Source of the DNA: Candidatus Thorarchaeota archaeon
GTDB taxonomy: Archaea; Asgardarchaeota; Thorarchaeia; Thorarchaeales; Thorarchaeaceae
Direction: 5' to 3'
Assembly (NCBI GenBank): GCA_003345555.1
Contig: PRDJ01000035.1
Span: 34,120-66,119 of the forward strand
DNA: 32,000 bases
Below are positions 8,619 through 16,299 of this stretch, piece after piece (the first letter of the stretch is position 1; the number at the start of each line of letters is the position of its first letter). A program made the position numbers and the translations under genes. The notes below the pieces were generated by a model. It searched no databases. It was not told where the DNA came from and was given only the letters and a program-made list of their open reading frames with translations.

Positions 8619-8767
8619 CGCCGCCTTCTGAAATCCTTCTCTAGCCTTCACCAGAACGTTAGCTTGCCCTAGCAGCTTGACCTAAGAGCATGCGGCCTAA
8701 GCAATCGGCCAAGCTTCAACGCGTTTCCTTTCGGACTATGGCTGAAACCACAACTGGGAGACAATCG

Positions 8768-9229
8768 ATGATGAAGATAGCCCGTGCAACAAAGAGACAA
8801 GCAGATTGGGTAGTCAGACACCGCATAGAGATGTTCAGGTCTATGGGCTGGAGTGAAGATGAGCTTGAGAAGACTGAACCTATTGTCCGAGAGTTCTTTG
8901 CTATGGCTCCCAATAATGACATCGACTGCTATCTCGTCACGGAGGAAGGCAAGATCGTGGGCGGTTGTGCCGTATCTATCCTGAGAATGCTTCCTTCATA
9001 CAAGAACCGAACCGGCTTGCAGGCCTATCTGCACAATATGTATGTTGAGCCCGACTACAGGGGAAAAGGAATCGCTACAGCTCTTCTTGAGTTCATTCTC
9101 GACACTTACACGAAGAGAGGAATCCGCAGGTTCACGCTGCATGCTTCTGAAATGGGAAGGCCGCTATACGAGCACATGGGTTTCGAGAAATCAGACAACT
9201 ACTACTCTAAGTCAATCCAAGATACATGA
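8768..9229 (+). CDS. GNAT family N-acetyltransferase
   Basis: LHNMYVEPDYRGKGIA (motif A), TLHASEMGRPLYEHMGF (motif B). Start at ATG 8768 has GGGAG upstream; 8738 is an alternative. Confidence 0.9.
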   Translation: MMKIARATKRQADWVVRHRIEMFRSMGWSEDELEKTEPIVREFFAMAPNNDIDCYLVTEEGKIVGGCAVSILRMLPSYKNRTGLQAYLHNMYVEPDYRGKGIATALLEFILDTYTKRGIRRFTLHASEMGRPLYEHMGFEKSDNYYSKSIQDT

Positions 9230-9274
9230 CCAACCAGACTGAGGTTGGGATTTCACTGCAAGTAGGCAGAATGC

Positions 9275-10555
9275 TCAGTTGACCTTCTCCCAAGCAGTAA
9301 AGACCTGACCCCGCCCAGATTCAGTAGTGCCCAGTATCTTCTCAATATCCTCCAGCTGCTGGCAGGTACCTGTGTCCATGATCGTTTCAACCATAGACGC
9401 CATTTCGGCACCGACATGAAGCCTCTCCTGAAGTGTTCCTTCTTTCCTCAGTAGTGTTAGCTCATCCACTCCTTGTTCAATCGTTGCGGCAAGTTCTTGG
9501 TAACGTCTGCTCTTGTACCAAGGAAGACCGAGAGCGTACATCTGGTAGAAAATCATGTCTAGCACAACTCCCAGAACCTTGTTGTTAGAATCATGCTCAC
9601 CCGGCATCTTGTGCCTAATTGACCTGTCTCTGAGACCTATCTCTCTGCAAATCTGATGCCCCCGAATCATCACGCTTACTGGTTTCTGGGTGTAGTCCGG
9701 GCGTCCGTACTTGTCATTGTTCAGGTAGATCCTTGCAAGGAGGTCATGTTGTTCAGGGAAGTGTCTCTTGACGACGTTGAGAAAGTATTCCTTCTGTCGT
9801 CCGGGTTTCAATGTGAGCCCTCCGAATACGATGGACTCTGCCCCGGCTTGCTTTGCTTCTTTTACGAGTCCAGTGATGTTCTCGTAAGTATCGCCGATGC
9901 CCGGGATGAGTGGCACTGCCATCACTCCCCCGAATAGTCCTGCCTTTCTGACTTCCTTGAGTGCTTCGAATCTCTCGGATGTAGAGGCAGACTTGGGTTC
10001 GAATACTTGCTTTGTGCGTTCCTCATACAACGTGATTGTGAACGTCACGTTCGCAAAGGACTGTTTATGGATCTCCTTCAGAATATCAAGGTCTCGGAGA
10101 ACCAGGTCCGATTTTGTCAGAACAAAGACAGGCATACCGAAATCTCGTAGAACCTCGAGGTTCTTCCGTGTCACTTCGTACTGCTTCTCAGCTGGTTGGT
10201 ATCCGTCAGAGACTCCCCCACAGACACCGATGACCTGTTTCCTCGGTCCCTGCCGTGCAAGTTTAGCCGCATCATCTTCGTCGAGAAACGACAATAGAGA
10301 CTCCGAGCTCAACTCCGATTGAGGGGCAAAGCCATCTTTCTTCAGCTCGCGTTTGAGTACGTCGGGAGCGTTTTCCTTAATGCGGACACAGGTGAAGAAA
10401 TCATCGACGTGATATCCCTCAGACATACCATCACAGTAGACGCAACCGTGTTCACATCCTCTGTAGGCATTGAGAGAGCGGTTCACATGGAACCAGCTGT
10501 CCGCTACAATGAGTTTGGAAAGAAGTGACTTTGCCCTAATACATTGATACTCCAT
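9275..10555 (-). CDS. Radical SAM protein (spore photoproduct lyase-like/Rv2578c-like) with a C-terminal Pol X 8-kDa-like HhH domain
   Basis: NAYRGCEHGCVYC (CxxxCxxC), SDGYQPAE, VLTKSDLVLRDLD. The C-terminal ~85 aa resemble the DNA Pol beta N-terminal domain. Confidence 0.85.
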   Translation of the reverse strand: MEYQCIRAKSLLSKLIVADSWFHVNRSLNAYRGCEHGCVYCDGMSEGYHVDDFFTCVRIKENAPDVLKRELKKDGFAPQSELSSESLLSFLDEDDAAKLARQGPRKQVIGVCGGVSDGYQPAEKQYEVTRKNLEVLRDFGMPVFVLTKSDLVLRDLDILKEIHKQSFANVTFTITLYEERTKQVFEPKSASTSERFEALKEVRKAGLFGGVMAVPLIPGIGDTYENITGLVKEAKQAGAESIVFGGLTLKPGRQKEYFLNVVKRHFPEQHDLLARIYLNNDKYGRPDYTQKPVSVMIRGHQICREIGLRDRSIRHKMPGEHDSNNKVLGVVLDMIFYQMYALGLPWYKSRRYQELAATIEQGVDELTLLRKEGTLQERLHVGAEMASMVETIMDTGTCQQLEDIEKILGTTESGRGQVFTAWEKVN

Positions 10556-10740
10556 TCTGCGAACAGCCCCGCTTGCAGTTACCCAAGGATTGCTTGATGA
10601 CTCATATAGTGTTCTTGGCTCTTAAATCGAGCTTTCAGATATGCGAAGGATGCATGAAGAGACCCACAATTAACGCGAACGGATTCTGCATCTAGGTAGC
10701 TTTTTCTTCTTGACGTATCTGTCTCAATCTGGGTGCGTTC

Positions 10741-11346
10741 TTGAAGACCGACCTGAAGAAACAGTTCAAGGATCTGTACTTACCCTCTGCCAAGAAGCCA
10801 TCCATCGTTGATGTGCCCTCGTTCAACTTTGTCATGATTGATGGCGCTGGAGATCCGAACACGTCTAAGGAATACCAAGCAGCATTGGAGGCTCTGTACG
10901 GAGTATCATTCACTGTGAAGTTCATGCTCAAGAAGGAGGTTGGGGCCGATTTCGCAGTGATGCCTTTGGAAGGTCAATGGTGGACACCTGGGCAGGCTAC
11001 AATCGATTTGAGCAACAAGAGCAAATGGCAATGGACCTCGATGATTCTTCAACCAGAACCTGTGACCAAGATCTGGATAGGGAAGGCTATTGAAGAGCTG
11101 CGCAAGAAAAGGAACCCTTCTGCCCTTTCGAAGGTGCGATTCGAGACCTTCCACGAGGGCCTCTCAGTCCAAATCATGTATGTCGGTCCGTACGCTGCGG
11201 AGGGTCCGACAATAGAGAACCTTCACACATTCGCGAAGGAGTCCGCCTACAGACTTCGCGGCAAGCACCACGAAATCTACCTTAGTGACCCTCGAAGGAC
11301 AGCACCGGAGAAACTCAAGACAGTCATTCGACAACCTGTTGAATAG
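10741..11346 (+). CDS. GyrI-like domain protein (lin2189/YtkR7-like subgroup)
   Basis: DLKK..KDLY.P, MIDG.GDPN, EALY, PLEG.WW, GPY..E, HHEIYLSDPRR...EKLKT.IRQP. TTG start with GGGTG upstream. Confidence 0.85.
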   Translation: MKTDLKKQFKDLYLPSAKKPSIVDVPSFNFVMIDGAGDPNTSKEYQAALEALYGVSFTVKFMLKKEVGADFAVMPLEGQWWTPGQATIDLSNKSKWQWTSMILQPEPVTKIWIGKAIEELRKKRNPSALSKVRFETFHEGLSVQIMYVGPYAAEGPTIENLHTFAKESAYRLRGKHHEIYLSDPRRTAPEKLKTVIRQPVE

Positions 11347-11419
11347 GACGAACATCAATCGTTATATGTCGGACCTTCCTCATGTCTGCTCCAACGATTC
11401 TGAGAAGGTGCTACTCAAC

Positions 11420-12208
11420 GTGACGAAGTATAATCTGAGCGGAAAAGCTGCGATCGTGACGGGAGCTTCGCGCGGTCTCGGTGAGCAGTTCGTCAGAGCC
11501 CTTGCTGAGTCAGGGGCGAATGTTGTTCTTGCTGCTCGAACCCTCGACAAGATGCAGAGAATAGCTGACGAGGTATCTCGTGCTCATGGTGTTAAGGCAA
11601 TACCAATTGCCACCGATGTAACCAAAGAATCTGACGTCATCAAGATGGTGGACACTGCTGTCAAGAAACTCGGCACCGTGGATATTCTGGTCAATAACGC
11701 GGGAGTATACGTTTTCAAACCCCTGATTGAGCAGACTCTCGCTGATTGGAACCAAGTCATGAATGTCTGTTTGACGTCGGCCTTTCTGGCATCAAGAGAG
11801 GCTGCGAAGGTAATGATTCCGAAGAAATCGGGCTGCATTATCAACATCTCATCCACTTTCGGACTTGGTGCAACGGAATTCACAGAAGTGGGTTACTACG
11901 CTTCGAAAGGCGGAGTGATAGCAATGACAAAGGCCCTCGCAGTGGAACTTGGCAAGTACGGTATTCGTGTCAATGCCATTGCGCCTGGATTCTTTCCAAC
12001 TGAGATGTCCATCAATGCTCTCACAGACAAGAAGCTTCGAGAGACCTACATCGAACCCAGGACCGCGCTGTTCGATACAAAGACCGGTGGCCGTCTGATG
12101 GCCCAGAACGAGTGGATTCGGGGTGCAGTCTGTTTCTTGGCAAGCGATGATGCGAAGTATATAACAGGTCACACGCTCGCAGTGGATGGCGGCTGGTTGG
12201 CGTACTAG
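11420..12208 (+). CDS. Short-chain dehydrogenase/reductase (classical SDR; FabG/gluconate 5-dehydrogenase-like)
   Basis: TGASRGLG, LVNNAG, NISS, YYASK (YxxxK), VNAIAPG, ITGHTLAVDGG. Start moved to GTG 11420 (AAGGTG upstream); the track start at 11285 overlaps the GyrI gene. Confidence 0.92.
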   Translation: MTKYNLSGKAAIVTGASRGLGEQFVRALAESGANVVLAARTLDKMQRIADEVSRAHGVKAIPIATDVTKESDVIKMVDTAVKKLGTVDILVNNAGVYVFKPLIEQTLADWNQVMNVCLTSAFLASREAAKVMIPKKSGCIINISSTFGLGATEFTEVGYYASKGGVIAMTKALAVELGKYGIRVNAIAPGFFPTEMSINALTDKKLRETYIEPRTALFDTKTGGRLMAQNEWIRGAVCFLASDDAKYITGHTLAVDGGWLAY

Positions 12209-12333
12209 AGATCGTCTCGGACGACAAGCGCCCGGGATTTACGCTTCATTTCCCCGGGTATTGTTCGGCCTTAACAGTCTTGAAATAGGTATGACGAGAA
12301 GCTCAAGAATAGTCTCCTACTGGAGGCGCAAGC

Positions 12334-13260
12334 ATGCGAGCAATACCGTTTATCCAAACCAGTGTCTTTGTGGACGAGAGGTACTCCTTCAGCGGCAATC
12401 AGCTGGCCACATTTTGGGATCATATCCTGAATTCGCGTCTCACTGATGAGGAAATGCAGGGTATTGCTTTGGAGATGCAGCATTCAGAGACGACGTTCAC
12501 TCTTGCTCCCACTCTCGCAAATTGCTCTTCGAAGGTGCGAATCTTTACACCGGGAATGGAGATACCCTTTGCTGGACATCCAACTCTTGGCACAGCATAC
12601 GTGCTGAGATACAAGCGACTCGTGAGTCCTACTGACAGCGAAGTGCAGCTCGAACTCGGGGTCGGACCAATAAAGGTGCGGTACCTTTCAGAAGATGCTA
12701 TTCAGATGGCCCAAGGTCGCCCTAAGTTCATGGAGACTTGGACACAGAAAGGTGCAGTTGCAGACGCGATTGGACTGAGAGCCGATGAGATATTAGATAC
12801 ATCACCAATGGAATTCGTTTCGACTGGTGCGCCGTTTCTGATTGTCCCCGTCAAGTCACTCATTGCTATTCAGCGGGCAAGTCCAAATGCTCCGACCCTA
12901 CTGAAAGTGCTCAGCGGACAACCGTCCCAAGACGTCGTTCTCTTCAGTACCGAGCACATCAACGCCGACTCGAATGTCCATGTCAGGATGTTTGGTCCGG
13001 GCGTGGGAGTCCTTGAAGATCCTGCCACGGGCAGTGCAGCTGGTCCGCTGGGCGCATATCTGAAAATGCACGACATCTTGCCCGAAACCGGGTCAAAGGA
13101 CAAGATAGTCATCGAACAGGGGTATGAGATTCGTAGACCCAGCAGACTTGAGGTAACTACATCAGGTGGTAAGTCTCCGCGTGAAGTCTATGTGTCCGGC
13201 AAGGTCAGACTTGTCGCCGAGGGGCGTCTGTACGTAAGGACAGAAGACAAACGCAGCTAG
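12334..13260 (+). CDS. PhzF/diaminopimelate-epimerase-fold isomerase family protein
   Basis: GNQLA, SETTF, RIFTPGMEIPFAGHPTLG, RMFGP..GVLEDPATGSAAG, IEQG. GGAGG RBS. Confidence 0.92.
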   Translation: MRAIPFIQTSVFVDERYSFSGNQLATFWDHILNSRLTDEEMQGIALEMQHSETTFTLAPTLANCSSKVRIFTPGMEIPFAGHPTLGTAYVLRYKRLVSPTDSEVQLELGVGPIKVRYLSEDAIQMAQGRPKFMETWTQKGAVADAIGLRADEILDTSPMEFVSTGAPFLIVPVKSLIAIQRASPNAPTLLKVLSGQPSQDVVLFSTEHINADSNVHVRMFGPGVGVLEDPATGSAAGPLGAYLKMHDILPETGSKDKIVIEQGYEIRRPSRLEVTTSGGKSPREVYVSGKVRLVAEGRLYVRTEDKRS

Positions 13261-13407
13261 TCCTTCTTGGACGGCACAACATCATGCCATGTTTCACTGC
13301 CCTTAAGAGAAGGTAGACTTGCGTCAACGACCTATCATTCTAGGAGATTTGATCTCATCAGCGAACAATCCGTTCCGCAGACGCGGGCAGGAGAACATCA
13401 GAAGTCG

Positions 13408-14700
13408 ATGCGCCCGTTCTTCATAATGTGGAGCGGTCAAGCTGCCTCTCTACTTGGTACCTCACTTGTCCAGTTCGTACTTGTATGGTGGCTCACGCTT
13501 ACAACCGGCTCAGCCACAGTCCTAGCCTTTGCTACAATCGCCGCTTTGATTCCACAGGTGCTCCTAACTCCTCTTGCGGGAGCCTTTGTGGATCGGCACA
13601 GTCGACGAGCCATAATGATCGTAGCCGACACAATTGCGGCAGCTCCCATTGTACCTCTGATGATGCTCTATTACTACGGATTGATTGAGGTCTGGCATAT
13701 CTATCTCGCCATGTTCGTCAGAGCTTCTGCTAGTGCATTTCATTGGCCGGCCATGGAGGCGTCTACGACCATGCTTGTGCCGAAGAAGCATCTGGCCCGA
13801 ATCGGTGGGTTGAATCAAGCACTCTACGGTGCATCGAGTGTGGTCGCTCCTCCGATAGGTGCTGTGCTATTCGTTACATTCCCGATGTATGGTTTGCTCG
13901 CCATTGATATCGTTACAGCGTCCTTGGCTGTTTCTGCTCTTGCTTTCATACACATACCGCAACCCGTGCGGCAAGCACTAACAAAGGACTCAGGGGTCCT
14001 AGGCGATATGTTGGCCGGGTTTAGATTCCTGCGAGTCTGGAAAGGAGCATTAGTCTTAATGTTTGTCGCGATGCTGATCAATTTCCTCATTTCTCCGGCA
14101 TTCGGCCTATTGCCTATTCTGGTTGCAGAGAACTTCGCAGGAGATGCGCCGATGCTGGCCGCGATGGAGTCAGTGATGGGCATCTGTACAGTCTTAGGTG
14201 GTGTGATCTTGGGCGCATGGGGTGGGTCTAGTCGAAGAGTCGTGACGGCAGTATGGTCTCTGGCTATCTCAGGCATTGCGACAACGATTATCGGTCTTGC
14301 TCCCCTGCTTGTTGGTCCGCAACCTTGGAACCAGTACGAGCTGACCCTGGGCATGGTGTCCGTAGTCGGTTTTCTCTTGGCACTTGTGAACGGCTGTCTG
14401 ATGGCGATCCTTCAGGCCACGATTCCACCAGACATGCAGGGACGGGTGTTCTCACTGATATCCAGCGGTGCGGGAGCCATGATGCCATTAGGCTATGCGC
14501 TTGCAGGCCCGCTAGCTGATGCCTTTGGTGTTCAATTCTGGTTCATCCTCTCTGGTGTTGTCACATTTGCCACCGGCTTGGCCTGTGTCTTCATGCCATC
14601 GGTAATGGAAATCGAAAAGACCCCAATTCAGTCACGGAAAACGGTAGCTGAGCTGGCCGAGTTGGTCGATACTAGCTCATCTGACACTGACACGGAATGA
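13408..14700 (+). CDS. MFS transporter, DHA3/Mef(A)-like efflux family
   Basis: FFIMWSGQAASLLG, GAFVDRHSRRAIMIVAD (motif A), FHWPA, QGRVFSL. About 12 TM. Start moved from 13267 to ATG 13408. Confidence 0.88.
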   Translation: MRPFFIMWSGQAASLLGTSLVQFVLVWWLTLTTGSATVLAFATIAALIPQVLLTPLAGAFVDRHSRRAIMIVADTIAAAPIVPLMMLYYYGLIEVWHIYLAMFVRASASAFHWPAMEASTTMLVPKKHLARIGGLNQALYGASSVVAPPIGAVLFVTFPMYGLLAIDIVTASLAVSALAFIHIPQPVRQALTKDSGVLGDMLAGFRFLRVWKGALVLMFVAMLINFLISPAFGLLPILVAENFAGDAPMLAAMESVMGICTVLGGVILGAWGGSSRRVVTAVWSLAISGIATTIIGLAPLLVGPQPWNQYELTLGMVSVVGFLLALVNGCLMAILQATIPPDMQGRVFSLISSGAGAMMPLGYALAGPLADAFGVQFWFILSGVVTFATGLACVFMPSVMEIEKTPIQSRKTVAELAELVDTSSSDTDTE

Positions 14701-14728
14701 CGTTGCCTGAAGAGGAGATGGCCGACGA

Positions 14729-14797
14729 TTCCTGTCTAGTCAGGAACATAAGAAAGGAGCGGACCTCCCCGGTGCCAAACCGAGGGGATTCCGCTTC
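14729..14797. terminator. Two adjacent hairpins between convergent MFS genes (possible terminator or stability element)
   Basis: TTCCTG-tctagt-CAGGAA (14729-14746), then a GC-rich stem GGAGCGGA..CCCCGGT-gccaa-ACCGAGGGG..TCCGCTTC (14756-14797). Confidence 0.35.
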
Positions 14798-14852
14798 CGT
14801 ACCCCGCTTTTGTACGATTCCAATTCGATTCCCGCAAGAAAGGGCTCTAGAC

Positions 14853-16187
14853 CTATGCACCCGTTTTGCGTGCCCATAGTGTCTTGAAATCAGGGTCAAT
14901 GTCTATGTACCTAAGTATGATGACCGCCACAATTAGAGCCGGAGCAAAAATCGGGCCCCACCATATCAGCGCCCATGGCTTGGAGTAGTCCATCATAACG
15001 CCCAGGATCACCGCGGAGACTGCTTGAAAGAAGTTGAGTGGTACGCCAATGAAGCCTGTATATATCCCTGAACGGCTTTGTCCAGTCTCAATCTCATCAA
15101 CCTGAGCGATGTCAGCGGGGACAATGTAGCTCATCAGATAGTAGACCGCCATGCATGCAGCTAACGGTATGAAGTACACTACGCCAACAATCACATTTGG
15201 CACAATGGCCGTCAAGGACTGTAGAATGACTGTCATCGGCAAAAGCAGCGCAAGAACAATCATCGACATGGTCATGGAGCGTTTCTTCCCTATGCTTCGA
15301 ATCACCTTTATCCATACAAAGAGAAACAGCATGATGGAAATGAGGAGCGAGAGTGCTGGTGGAAGGAGCAGCGGGAGAGAGTTGAGGAGGAGGACATCAC
15401 GAGTGACTCCTACTATCTGGGCAGTGATAGCCGAAAAGGTGAATGAAAGGAATCCAACAGCGAACATCCACCCCACGTAATTGTGATTGGCAAGAACTAT
15501 CGCAGTTTCTTGACGGAGACTCCTCCTGGGGACGACAATGTCTGGCTTCTCCCGTATCCAGATTATTGACGGTAAGAAGAATACAACTGTGAGTACTGAG
15601 AATGCGAGTATGAATATCACACCAAAGCTCTTGAGGCCCGGAGGTTCAGGATCCTCGTAGAAGAGTAGTGTAGTCAGGAAGCTAACCACGACTCCCAGTC
15701 CGTTAGCGATCCAATTCGCCGTGTTTTGCATACTTGACACAAAAGGCCTTTCGTCTTCATCTGTTATCTCTGGCAGCCAAGCTTGGAATGCTGTTAGTAG
15801 GAATGCGTAGAAGAACTTGAACGTGCATAAGGTGGTCAAATAGTAGAAGAACAGGAGGAGTCCCAAGTTAGGATTCGTCAAGTCAAGGAACCAGTTGGGA
15901 ACGAATAGCAGGAAACCGGTCACGGCAAGACCTGGTGCTCCCACTGCCACGAATGGCTTTCTGCGCCCCCATCTGGTCTCAACACGATCGCTCCAGTAGC
16001 CTGTCAGCCAATGAGTCAGGCCGATAACAACGTATGACGTTGCGAGAGCCAATCCTGCGAGAAGCCAATCAAGTTTGAAGAAATTACCGTAAATGTAGAA
16101 CGAAGTAAGGCCGGTCAAAGTCAAAAGAAACGACGATCCGAATCGGCCCATACCATAAGCGACTTTCTTGTAGAATGGTAGCATCAT
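14853..16187 (-). CDS. MFS transporter, GPH (MelB/GusB-like, MFS_2) family
   Basis: KVAYGMG, GYWSDRVETRWGRRKPF, AWLPEIT..DERP, ADIAQVDEIETGQSRSGIYTG. Confidence 0.88.
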   Translation of the reverse strand: MMLPFYKKVAYGMGRFGSSFLLTLTGLTSFYIYGNFFKLDWLLAGLALATSYVVIGLTHWLTGYWSDRVETRWGRRKPFVAVGAPGLAVTGFLLFVPNWFLDLTNPNLGLLLFFYYLTTLCTFKFFYAFLLTAFQAWLPEITDEDERPFVSSMQNTANWIANGLGVVVSFLTTLLFYEDPEPPGLKSFGVIFILAFSVLTVVFFLPSIIWIREKPDIVVPRRSLRQETAIVLANHNYVGWMFAVGFLSFTFSAITAQIVGVTRDVLLLNSLPLLLPPALSLLISIMLFLFVWIKVIRSIGKKRSMTMSMIVLALLLPMTVILQSLTAIVPNVIVGVVYFIPLAACMAVYYLMSYIVPADIAQVDEIETGQSRSGIYTGFIGVPLNFFQAVSAVILGVMMDYSKPWALIWWGPIFAPALIVAVIILRYIDIDPDFKTLWARKTGA

Positions 16188-16299
16188 ATTTCAAAGACCA
16201 CCAATCCAGCCCTTTTGCGGAATCTGAATCCTAAGCTGAGCGGCTAAGCCCGCATTTAAGCGATACGAAAGAAGGGACAAGATTGACTATGTGGTTGTT

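Noticed and set aside
11285-11419. 45-aa SDR extension overlapping the GyrI gene
   Set aside because: Low-information sequence, and a better RBS-supported GTG exists at 11420.
14756-14797. Hairpin as an archaeal/Asgard SECIS element or tRNA fragment
   Set aside because: No GAA/A or AUGA..GA core and no cloverleaf. Neither flanking gene has an in-frame TGA, and the Mo enzyme uses Cys.
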